NCBI GenBank assembly: GCA_964349515.1
Contig: CAYGHG010000017.1
Location: 1 to 32,462 of the forward strand
Reading direction: 5' to 3'
DNA: 32,462 bases
Source: an uncultured Spirochaetia bacterium
Lineage (GTDB): Bacteria; Oederibacteriota; PGYV01; CAYGHG01
In this document: positions 23,932 to 31,984 of the stretch, in pieces
How positions within the stretch are numbered: the stretch's first letter is position 1
Layout of the letters: each line of letters starts with the position of its first letter
Position numbers and translations under genes: made by a program
Notes under the pieces: generated by a model
What the model saw: the letters and a program-made list of their open reading frames with translations, nothing else
Database searches by the model: none
What the model was told of the DNA's origin: nothing

Positions 23932-26892
23932 TTGAAGAACATTTTTATTACTTTATTACTGCTGCTAAATACATCTGCTTTTGCAGCAGTTTCTACTGTT
24001 AATATCGACGCTTCCTCTGACGAGCATTTCTATGAGCGCGACATGGCTTTTGGAACCAATTTTCTCGGCGAGTGGACTGATTTCAAACTTTACAGGGACA
24101 ATGTTTACCGCTTTCAGCAGGCCGGCACGAGATTCTTACGGTTTCCCGGCGGCTCAAACTCAAACGAATACCACTGGAACGGTGACGGTTATTATGATGG
24201 TGATAAAGTGTGGCACATCAATAACAGCCCAAATGTCACCTCTTTTCAGAGGGGGTTCTATAACTTATCAGTCCATCGCGGTTCATCCTCTATAGGCTAC
24301 GGCAAGCCTGCTGTTGTAACAGACGGAGATTTGGATACATACTGGCTGAGTTATCCGGGCGCCGAAGGGCTGCAGTGGGTTTATATTGACATACAAACCG
24401 CATCATACCAGCCTGTGGCTGTGACAAGGATTGTCATTGACTGGGGCGACCCTTACGCCTCGCAGTACAAAATACAGTACTCAAACGCAAACTGGAACTA
24501 CACCGGGCACTGGGCTTATAATGACACTGCCTGGGCAGATACAACACAGAATAACGTCGCAGGCGCCGGAGGGCAGGCGGATTTGAGCTTTGACCAGGTA
24601 AGTGCCAAGTATGTCCGCGTGCTGTGTGAGACTTCTTCGTCAGCCGGAGGGCAGATTGCAATTAAAGAGATAAAACTATTCGGACCCGCCGGGCAGATAA
24701 CCAACAATGTAAATAGTGTCGCCCAGACGCCTTCTGTTGCTTCATCCATGGCTTTAGGGGACGTTTTCCACGAATACGACACAATGGATTTTGAGCAGTT
24801 TATCGGAGTAGCAAAATCAATGACCCCGCATGCAGAGCCCATGATAACCATAAACTTTTTCACAGGCACGGTTCAGGAGGCGGCTGACTGGGTCTATTAC
24901 GCAAATGTACACAGAGGATACAATATTAAGTACTGGGAGATCGGAAATGAAAACTGGGGCAACTGGGAGTCAGGCGGGCCCTGTGACCCTGTTAACTACG
25001 CAAAACGTTTCATCGCGCTGTATGACGCCATGACTGCGGTTGACCCTTCGATTATTATCGCGCCTCAGTTTAACGGCGTCCCTGACAGGTCAAATGTGAC
25101 CATGACCGCGGGAAACAATCCGGGAGATTACGATTATTATATCGATACTTTTTTAAAGTACCTGGCAGATAACGGCAGGGCAGGCATTTTAAAAGGGCTT
25201 TCTGTTCATAAATACCCGTCGTGGATGCCTGTCGCGGAAGCAACTCCGCTTGCGCAGGTTGACATATGGGACACGGAAGTACCGATGGTAAAATCCTGGA
25301 TAAATAACAGATGCTCAAACCCTGAAGAGGTGAAAATATGGCTGACAGAATATAATGACGGCATAGACAGCGGTTTTACGAACCGATTCTACAACTCGCT
25401 TTTTGTGACCGCGTACACTCTTAACTTCCTGCGTAACGGCGGGGACTACACCTGTTTTTTCAGGCCCTTTGGCACGCCCGGGCCGGGCCAGACGGATAAA
25501 ACAATTTTTTCAGATTTCGGGTACCTTGAGGGCGGCGGGCTTTACGGCAGCCTCGCTGATTACAGGTGCCAGCCGAGATCCTCCTTTTACGCTTTTGAGA
25601 TGATGTACAACAGGTTTTCCGCGGCTGATGAATTTGGAAATACTCTGGTTGCGGCTTCGTCATCGCTTTCTGCGCTGAAAGTTTACGCCAACAGGAGAGG
25701 CGACAGAAAACTGTCAATTGCCTTTATTAATACCGATCAATCAAACACGGTAAACGCGGCTGTATCAATAACGGGGTTTACTCCGCTCAGCCAGGCAGAG
25801 GAAGTAACATATACCCGTCAGAACTATTCCTGGGTGCATAACGGCACTAATTCCTACGCAAACCCCAATACCCCGCCGGTAATAACCTCATACAGCGGCG
25901 CCGCGCAGAATTTTACCTTTGTATCGCCGCCGTATTCGGTAAAAATTTTAACCATGTATGATTCCTTGCAGCCTACCCTTGTGCCTTCACACACGCCTAC
26001 AATGCTGCCGACGCCTACGATAACTCCGACTCCGGTACCGAACGGAGGCGCGCTTGTGGACGACTGCGAGGACGGAGACTTAAGAAATCTGTGGGGAGGG
26101 CAGTGGTCTGTGTATGGTGATGGAATATCTTTATATCCGCAGGCTGTTGATTCGATGACCTGCGACGGCGCGGGGGCGGCAGGTTCTTCGTGCTACATGC
26201 GGGTAACAGGCACCGTACTTAACAACACGTGGGGTTTCGGTGTAAACTGCCCGCTTAATTCGTCGTGGAATCCGACTGACATAAGCATGTATGACGGAAT
26301 ATTTTTTCACTGCAAAGGCTCTGCAAACAGCGCCAGAATGGCAATGCCCCAGTATGATACGGCTGATGGGAATTTCGGCGCTGACTTTATGGTAAATACA
26401 TACTGGGCATATTATGAGATACCTTTTTCAGCCCTGATATTCGCGGTATGGGCGACGCCGGGCCCCGTCTGGACGGCTCAGAACATACAGGCTGTGCAGT
26501 TCCAGCCTGACGGCGGTTATTCGGGGGAGGTTTACAGGGAGATAGCTGTAGATAATGTGGGTTTTTACAGGAATACGCCCACTCCCGAACCTACGGTTGT
26601 AGAGCTGCCTGCCGCGCTTACAGATGTAAAGGCCGTGCCTTCTCTTTGTGTACTGCAGGATGGCTGCAGCGGAATAAGGTTTACGGGCCTTACCGCGAAT
26701 AATAAGATTTCGATTTATTCACTGGAAGGCAGCCTGGTTCATTACGCGGAAGTACAGACGGCAGACGGCACATATTTCTGGAAAATAGCGGGCATTAGAA
26801 AAGGAAAAGCAGCCGCGCCGGGAATATACATTTATGTAATACAGGGTGAAGACGGAAGCATGGTTAAGGGGAAGGCCGCGGTGGTACGGTAA
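23932..26892 (+). CDS. Large secreted glycoside hydrolase (clan GH-A TIM barrel; GH51/GH44/GH30-like, family not resolved). It has an inserted F5/8 type C (discoidin) domain, a Pro/Thr linker, a further beta-sandwich domain and a T9SS-type C-terminal sorting (Por_Secre_tail / FlgD-Ig-like) domain.
   Basis: TTG start with RBS AGAGGT. Signal peptide. Motifs: FLRFPGGSNSNEYHWNGDG and YWEIGNENWGNWESGG (acid/base Glu) with a later TEYND (nucleophile region). Discoidin-like VVTDGDLDTYWLS...AKYVRVLCETSS...IKEIKLFG. Linker PTLVPSHTPTMLPTPTITPTPVP. C-terminus ISIYSLEGSLVHY...GTYFWKIAG...GIYIYVIQGEDGSMVKGKAAVVR. Confidence 0.75.
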   Translation: MKNIFITLLLLLNTSAFAAVSTVNIDASSDEHFYERDMAFGTNFLGEWTDFKLYRDNVYRFQQAGTRFLRFPGGSNSNEYHWNGDGYYDGDKVWHINNSPNVTSFQRGFYNLSVHRGSSSIGYGKPAVVTDGDLDTYWLSYPGAEGLQWVYIDIQTASYQPVAVTRIVIDWGDPYASQYKIQYSNANWNYTGHWAYNDTAWADTTQNNVAGAGGQADLSFDQVSAKYVRVLCETSSSAGGQIAIKEIKLFGPAGQITNNVNSVAQTPSVASSMALGDVFHEYDTMDFEQFIGVAKSMTPHAEPMITINFFTGTVQEAADWVYYANVHRGYNIKYWEIGNENWGNWESGGPCDPVNYAKRFIALYDAMTAVDPSIIIAPQFNGVPDRSNVTMTAGNNPGDYDYYIDTFLKYLADNGRAGILKGLSVHKYPSWMPVAEATPLAQVDIWDTEVPMVKSWINNRCSNPEEVKIWLTEYNDGIDSGFTNRFYNSLFVTAYTLNFLRNGGDYTCFFRPFGTPGPGQTDKTIFSDFGYLEGGGLYGSLADYRCQPRSSFYAFEMMYNRFSAADEFGNTLVAASSSLSALKVYANRRGDRKLSIAFINTDQSNTVNAAVSITGFTPLSQAEEVTYTRQNYSWVHNGTNSYANPNTPPVITSYSGAAQNFTFVSPPYSVKILTMYDSLQPTLVPSHTPTMLPTPTITPTPVPNGGALVDDCEDGDLRNLWGGQWSVYGDGISLYPQAVDSMTCDGAGAAGSSCYMRVTGTVLNNTWGFGVNCPLNSSWNPTDISMYDGIFFHCKGSANSARMAMPQYDTADGNFGADFMVNTYWAYYEIPFSALIFAVWATPGPVWTAQNIQAVQFQPDGGYSGEVYREIAVDNVGFYRNTPTPEPTVVELPAALTDVKAVPSLCVLQDGCSGIRFTGLTANNKISIYSLEGSLVHYAEVQTADGTYFWKIAGIRKGKAAAPGIYIYVIQGEDGSMVKGKAAVVR

Positions 26893-26979
26893 GGGGCAAT
26901 TAAAAACAGTTAATTGATTTATAGCAACGTGTGATTGGACGTTATATTGGCATTCCGGGAAGACCCGTTAAAATTAAAG

Positions 26980-27016
26980 TTGAAAAATAAGATTTCATAT
27001 TATATAATTATAATAT
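26980..27016 (+). promoter_or_regulatory. Promoter (TTGAAA, 17-nt spacer, TATAAT) with an overlapping inverted repeat ATATTATA-TAAT-TATAATAT. It lies upstream of the RHH-PIN pair.
   Basis: -35 at 26980-26985 and -10 at 27003-27008. The 8-bp inverted arms (26997-27004 / 27009-27016) span the -10, as expected for an antitoxin-autoregulated TA promoter. Confidence 0.5.
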
Positions 27017-27038
27017 AAAATCATATAAGGAGGATGCC

Positions 27039-27299
27039 ATGAAAAAGGTAAAGGCATTGTCTGTTACGATACCTAATGAGCTTACCGAAAAGATATACAG
27101 GATAAGTGAAGATGAGATGAAAAGCGTAAGCTCCATTGTAAGCGAAGCTGTGATGACTTACTGCATTAAAAAAGACTTGGAAAAAGTCCGTGCCGAGTTT
27201 TCTGAAAGAGCCCGTAAAATGGGGATAGTGAGCGAAGATGACATAAACAGGGTGATACATGAGTACAGAAAAGAACGTAAAAATAAAAATAACCGTTGA
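27039..27299 (+). CDS. Ribbon-helix-helix (CopG-like) antitoxin, putative.
   Basis: 86 aa with strong RBS AAGGAGG. The N-terminal beta-strand-like KALSVTIPNELTEKI is followed by helices. It lies immediately upstream of, and overlaps, a PIN-domain gene. Confidence 0.6.
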   Translation: MKKVKALSVTIPNELTEKIYRISEDEMKSVSSIVSEAVMTYCIKKDLEKVRAEFSERARKMGIVSEDDINRVIHEYRKERKNKNNR

Positions 27300-27681
27300 T
27301 ACAAACATCCTTATATCCGCTTTTATATACCCGGGTATGACGGTCGTTAAAATATTTGACATGATAATGGACGGCAAGGTGCTGCTGGGCCTGTCAGAGG
27401 ATATTTTAAGGGAGTTCGCCGGCGTTTGTGTCCGCAAATTTGACTATGAACCGGAAGAAGCTATCCGGCATACGGATATTATCAGGCAGAGCTCGGAAAT
27501 CGTAAGGCCGAAAGATAGAGTGAGGATTATCAGGGATGAACCTGATAACAGGATTCTTGAATGCGCGGCGGAGTATGAAGCGGATTATATCGTTTCAGGT
27601 GATAAACACATACTTGATGTAAAAAAATACAGGGGGATTGAAATTCTGACTCCGGCTGAATTTATAAAAAAACTTCCGTGA
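27259..27681 (+). CDS. PIN-domain toxin (TIGR00305-like putative RNase).
   Basis: N-terminal KIKITVDTNILISAFIYPG (first acidic residue of the PIN fold) and C-terminal acidic residues (DYIVSGDKHIL). About 140 aa. It overlaps the antitoxin gene in a different frame. Confidence 0.75.
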   Translation: MSTEKNVKIKITVDTNILISAFIYPGMTVVKIFDMIMDGKVLLGLSEDILREFAGVCVRKFDYEPEEAIRHTDIIRQSSEIVRPKDRVRIIRDEPDNRILECAAEYEADYIVSGDKHILDVKKYRGIEILTPAEFIKKLP

Positions 27682-27753
27682 ATATTGAAATCGATTGTAT
27701 GCTGACAGAGGTAATTGCTCTATTATTCAAGCCGGAATTCCTTCTCTGCCCTG

Positions 27754-27782
27754 TTGTACTGAACAGCTGCTTTTGATATAAT
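27754..27782 (+). promoter_or_regulatory. Promoter TTGTAC, 17-nt spacer, with an extended -10 TGATATAAT. It lies upstream of the GT4 gene.
   Basis: -35 at 27754-27759, TG at 27774-27775, and TATAAT at 27777-27782. Confidence 0.4.
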
Positions 27783-27821
27783 ATTTAAAATGAATTCAAA
27801 TAACAGCTTCGGAGGCACAAA

Positions 27822-29057
27822 ATGAAAATCGGAATCCTGACAAACGAATTCCCGCCAAACGTCTATGGAGGCGCAGGCGTGCACGTTGAATATCTGACTG
27901 ATGAGATGAAAAAACTCAATGACGGCGCCAATAAGGTCGAGGTTGTATGTTTCGGCACCCAGAAGGTAAGGGAACCGAACCTGGAGGTTGACGGGGTATC
28001 CGCGGATTATACATATGAGGTAAAGGACGAGAAGCACCGTAAATTTCTGGATACTGTATTTAAAAACACGGTAATGGCCGGCGAGCTGGGCGAGGTGGAC
28101 GTAGTCCACTGTCATACCTGGTACAGCCACTTCGCGGGAATCCTCGTCAGAGAACTTCATCAGGTGCCGCTGGTGCTATCAACACACTCTCTGGAACCGC
28201 ACAGGCCCTGGAAGGCAGAGCAGCTTGGGACCGCTTATTTCGGCTCTTCGTGGGTGGAAAAAACAGCTTATGAAAACGCGGACGGCGTAATAGCGGTTTC
28301 TGAAGCGATGAAAAAAGATGTGCACGATCTGTACAACGTGCCCTTTGAAAAAATCAGGGTAATTCACAACGGGATAAATCTTTCCCAGTACAAGCCGAAG
28401 CCGGACAATGCAGTGCTTGACAAATACAAAATTGACAGGGACAAGCCGTTTATTCTGTTTGTGGGAAGAATAACACGGCAAAAAGGCATAATCCACCTGG
28501 TCAATGCCCTGAAATATCTTAAAGAAGGCTTCCAGATTGTGCTTTGCGCAGGCGCGCCAGATACAAAGGAAATAGCGGCTGAGATGGAAAAGGCGGTAGC
28601 CGAGGCAAAGAAAGAAGCAAAAAACCCCATACTGTGGATTCCCGAGATGGTTCCTAAAGATGATGTAATAACACTGTACACAATGGCTTCCATATTTGTA
28701 TGCCCCTCTGTGTATGAGCCTTTCGGCATTATCAACCTTGAGGCTATGGCCTGCGAAACACCGGTAGTCGCTACAAAAGTGGGCGGTATACCGGAGGTTG
28801 TAATCCCGGGCGAGACGGGGCTGCTGGTGCCTATTGATAATAAAGGCGGAGCTGACGTAGAGCCTAAAGACCCTGATAAGTTTGCGCGCGACCTGGCTGA
28901 GGCGGTTAACTCCATAGTTGACAAGCCCGACACACTGAAAGCGATGGCGTTAAAATCCCGCAAAAGAGTGGAAGACCACTTCAGCTGGATTTCTATAGCG
29001 GCCAAAACGGTTGATTTCTATGCGGAGCTCATAAGGAATTTTAAAAAGAAAGGGTGA
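27822..29057 (+). CDS. GT4-family glycosyltransferase (actinobacterial GlgA/GlgM-like glucosyltransferase).
   Basis: N-terminus MKIGILTNEFPPNVYGGAGVHVEYL is characteristic of the GT4 glycogen-synthase-like family. C-terminal GT-B motif EPFGIINLEAMACETPVVATKVGGIPEVV. Confidence 0.85.
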   Translation: MKIGILTNEFPPNVYGGAGVHVEYLTDEMKKLNDGANKVEVVCFGTQKVREPNLEVDGVSADYTYEVKDEKHRKFLDTVFKNTVMAGELGEVDVVHCHTWYSHFAGILVRELHQVPLVLSTHSLEPHRPWKAEQLGTAYFGSSWVEKTAYENADGVIAVSEAMKKDVHDLYNVPFEKIRVIHNGINLSQYKPKPDNAVLDKYKIDRDKPFILFVGRITRQKGIIHLVNALKYLKEGFQIVLCAGAPDTKEIAAEMEKAVAEAKKEAKNPILWIPEMVPKDDVITLYTMASIFVCPSVYEPFGIINLEAMACETPVVATKVGGIPEVVIPGETGLLVPIDNKGGADVEPKDPDKFARDLAEAVNSIVDKPDTLKAMALKSRKRVEDHFSWISIAAKTVDFYAELIRNFKKKG

Positions 29058-29063
29058 ACAAAT

Positions 29064-29702
29064 ATGGCAGTAAAGAAAAAGAAAACTGCTAAGAAAAAGA
29101 GTGTAAAAAAAACTGTAAAGCCTGCGCAGGTAAAGCAGCCTGAAAACGCGGGCCCTGACAGCCTGAAACTGATGATGGCAGGCATAGCGGCTGTTGCTGT
29201 GGTGATAATAATGATTATAGCCGCGGCAGCGCTGAAGCCGAAGCCGAGTGCACCGGATTCAAGCGGGATTACCCTTGCAGAATCACAGGAGCAGCCGGAT
29301 ACGGCGGTGGCTGATGAGAATGTAAAGCCTGATTTTAAAAAACTGTTTCAGGAAGTATCTTTAAAGCAGGAAATTCATAAAATAGACATTGACGCGGCAA
29401 AATATCTGTTTGATTCGGGAAGGGCTGTATTTGTGGATTCGCGCAGTAAAGGCGAATACGACAGGCAGAGAATTAAAGGCTCGATTTTTCTTCCTGTAAA
29501 CGCTTCCCAGGATGAAATAGACAGGGCCGCGAAAAAATACCGGGGAAAAGTTCTGGTAACATACTGCCACGGCAGCGGCTGCCACCTGGCTGACAAGGTG
29601 GCTTACAGGCTGTTTGATGCCGGCCATAAAAAACTCGCCATATTTTGGGGAGGCTGGCCAAAGTGGGACGAGCACAAATATCCCGAAACGCTCGGGAATT
29701 AA
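29064..29702 (+). CDS. Membrane-anchored single-domain rhodanese with a polybasic N-terminal tail (paralog 3; loop CHGSGCH).
   Basis: N-terminus MAVKKKKTAKKKSVKKTVKPAQVKQPE, then a TM helix. Rhodanese domain FVDSRSKGEY...VLVTYCHGSGCHLADKVAY...GGWPKW. It starts 6 nt after the GT4 stop. Confidence 0.8.
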   Translation: MAVKKKKTAKKKSVKKTVKPAQVKQPENAGPDSLKLMMAGIAAVAVVIIMIIAAAALKPKPSAPDSSGITLAESQEQPDTAVADENVKPDFKKLFQEVSLKQEIHKIDIDAAKYLFDSGRAVFVDSRSKGEYDRQRIKGSIFLPVNASQDEIDRAAKKYRGKVLVTYCHGSGCHLADKVAYRLFDAGHKKLAIFWGGWPKWDEHKYPETLGN

Positions 29703-29706
29703 AATA

Positions 29707-29739
29707 AAAGCCGCCCCTTTTGGGGCGGCTTTTATTTTA
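29707..29739 (+). terminator. Rho-independent terminator (AAAGCCGCCCC-TTTT-GGGGCGGCTTT followed by TATTTTAT).
   Basis: 11-bp GC-rich stem with a 4-nt loop and a U-rich tail, directly after the rhodanese-3 stop. Confidence 0.75.
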
Positions 29740-29795
29740 TCCGCACGGGGAACCGGAAATCCAAATAAAGCGTCCAATTCTTATCTACTCAGGGA

Positions 29796-31031
29796 ATGAG
29801 GTATTCAATTTTGAAAAGCGTCAATATTGCTGCAGCCCTTTTTTTGATTTTTTCGGCAATTCTCCACCCGATGGAATTGTCCCTGGAAGAATGCCTTGAA
29901 ATATCCGAAAAAAGCAGCCGCGACCTTAAAACAGCCCAAAACAGGGCGGATACTGCGCGCGCCAGCCTGCTTAACAGCACAGGCAGTCTGCTGCCCCGGA
30001 TAGGGGCAGGCGCTTCATACGATGTAAAAGACGGAAGTGCGATGTCCTACTCGGTCAGCGCGAGCCAGGTTTTGTTTAGTGGTTTTTCACTCATTAACAG
30101 CCTCAACGCCGCTTCTGAAAATCTAAAAGCCGCAGAAGCGGACCTTTCTGCCGCAAAATCGCGTGCGGCCTATGACGCAAAGGCAGGTTTCATAAGGCTT
30201 TACAAATCAAAAGAAGCGCTCAAACTTTCCGAGGACATACACGGCCGCAGAAAGATTCAATCTGACATAGTCAGGGTAAAGTTTGACGCAGGCAGGGAGC
30301 ACAAGGGTTCTTACCTGACGTCGATGGCGCAGCTGATGGAGTCTGAAGCTGAAATCAAATCCGCAAGGCGTGCGCTTGAACTGTCGGGAATGAGGCTGGC
30401 GTCCGCCATAGGGCTGGAAGGCTTTCCCGTGATTACTCCAAAGGGCGCTTTTGAAGTGAAGAAAACATCCGCTGTGGAGCCTGATTTTATTGCGCTGGCC
30501 GCTAAGGTGCCTTCGGTTATCAGGTCGCAGGCTTCGTTAAAATCGGCGGAACACGAATTCAACAGTTCGCTCGGGTCTTTTCTTCCCTCGGTTTCGCTCT
30601 CGGGCGGGTATTCCAGGTCGGGAAGTGAATTTATATTTGAAAATGAATCTTGGAGGCTGGGTTTAAGCATATCTCTTCCGGTTTTTGAAGGCTTCTCAAA
30701 TGTTGTGAGGTCTTCAAATTCACTGAGGTCATTTTCCAACGCCGAAACAACCGCGGTGCAGGCTTTAAACGACGCGGTGCTGGGGCTTAAAGAAAAGTGG
30801 AACGTTCTTAAAGCCGCGGAGGATTCTTACGAAACAGCATCTTCGTTTCTGGAAGCCGCAGAGACCCGGGCGCAGATAGCGCAGGCGCAGTACTCGGCCG
30901 GGCTGTTGAATTATGATTCCTGGATAATAATTGAAAATGACCTCGTGCGGTATAAAAAATCATTCCTTGACGCTGCTGCGGCTCTTTATCTCGCAGAAGC
31001 TGATTGGGAACTCCAGAAAGGGGAATACTGA
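29796..31031 (+). CDS. TolC-like outer-membrane efflux protein (OMF family).
   Basis: Signal peptide. Two-repeat coiled-coil/beta-barrel OMF architecture with Ala/Ser/Leu-rich helices. It is the first gene of an adaptor/ABC efflux operon. Confidence 0.8.
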   Translation: MRYSILKSVNIAAALFLIFSAILHPMELSLEECLEISEKSSRDLKTAQNRADTARASLLNSTGSLLPRIGAGASYDVKDGSAMSYSVSASQVLFSGFSLINSLNAASENLKAAEADLSAAKSRAAYDAKAGFIRLYKSKEALKLSEDIHGRRKIQSDIVRVKFDAGREHKGSYLTSMAQLMESEAEIKSARRALELSGMRLASAIGLEGFPVITPKGAFEVKKTSAVEPDFIALAAKVPSVIRSQASLKSAEHEFNSSLGSFLPSVSLSGGYSRSGSEFIFENESWRLGLSISLPVFEGFSNVVRSSNSLRSFSNAETTAVQALNDAVLGLKEKWNVLKAAEDSYETASSFLEAAETRAQIAQAQYSAGLLNYDSWIIIENDLVRYKKSFLDAAAALYLAEADWELQKGEY

Positions 31032-31033
31032 AT

Positions 31034-31984
31034 ATGAAAGCAAGAACGAAAATGATGATTCTCGCTGCTGTCGTGGCGGCGGGAATTGCACTTTTTTTTG
31101 CGTTTAAAGGCGGGCAGAGCAAGCCCCCCCGGATGAGTGAGGTTGAGGCTCAGACTGCGGATTTAAAAAGCGTGATTGCAATTACCGGCGTTGTGGAGCC
31201 GATGAACAGGCTTGAGGTCAGGCCGCCGATGGCGGGCAGGATAGAGGCCATGCTGGTCAAAGAGGGGGACTATCTGCGCGAGGGTGAGACAGCCGCGCTT
31301 TTGAGCTCCACGGAACGCGCCGCGCTTCTTGATATGGCCAAATCAAAAGGGGCCGAAGAGGTGAAAAAATGGGAGGCGCTATACAAACCCATACCCATAA
31401 CCGCGCCTATTGCCGGTACTGTCATAGTAAGAAAAGTCGAGCCGGGACAATCCATATCGCAGTCTGAAGCGGTAATCGTAATATCTGACAGGCTGATAAT
31501 CAGGGCGCAGGCGGATGAGACAGACATAAGCAGGATAAAAAAAGGGGCGGCTGCATCTGTTACACTTGACGCCTTTCAGGGGAAAAAAGTCCGGGGCAGG
31601 GTGGAGCACATATCTTTTGAGTCGCGGGTAATCAGCAACGTGACTGTTTATGAGGTGCTTGTAGTAACCGGCAACGTGCCGGATTATTTCCGCTCGGGGA
31701 TGAGCGCGGGTGTGGAGATAACGGAAAAGGAAGCTCACGGTGTTGTGGTTGTTCCGGCGGCTGCCGTTAAAACCGAGCGCAAAAGCAGTTATGTGCTTGT
31801 AAGAAAAAATGGTTCGCAGGAAAAAATTCAGGTAGAAACCGGTATTACCGAAAACGGAATGACTGAAATAAAATCAGGCTTAAGCGCGGGCGACAGGGTG
31901 CTTGTGCAGCCGGGACAGCAGGCGGCAAACCGCGGCAGAAATCAGGGCACCAGCCCGTTTGTGCCGCAGAGAAGGGCGAGATGA
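31034..31984 (+). CDS. Periplasmic adaptor subunit (HlyD/MacA-type membrane fusion protein).
   Basis: ATG at 31034 (RBS AAAGGGGA) rather than the track's 31004, which lies inside the TolC gene. N-terminal TM anchor, lipoyl/beta-barrel domains, and an RRAR-rich C-terminus. Its stop overlaps the next ATG (ATGA). Confidence 0.85.
   Translation: MKARTKMMILAAVVAAGIALFFAFKGGQSKPPRMSEVEAQTADLKSVIAITGVVEPMNRLEVRPPMAGRIEAMLVKEGDYLREGETAALLSSTERAALLDMAKSKGAEEVKKWEALYKPIPITAPIAGTVIVRKVEPGQSISQSEAVIVISDRLIIRAQADETDISRIKKGAAASVTLDAFQGKKVRGRVEHISFESRVISNVTVYEVLVVTGNVPDYFRSGMSAGVEITEKEAHGVVVVPAAAVKTERKSSYVLVRKNGSQEKIQVETGITENGMTEIKSGLSAGDRVLVQPGQQAANRGRNQGTSPFVPQRRAR

Noticed and set aside
26893-26916. AT-rich hairpin CAATTAA-AAACAG-TTAATTG after the glycoside-hydrolase gene, as a terminator.
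   Set aside because: The stem is 7 bp of A/T only with no U-tract, too weak to call an intrinsic terminator.
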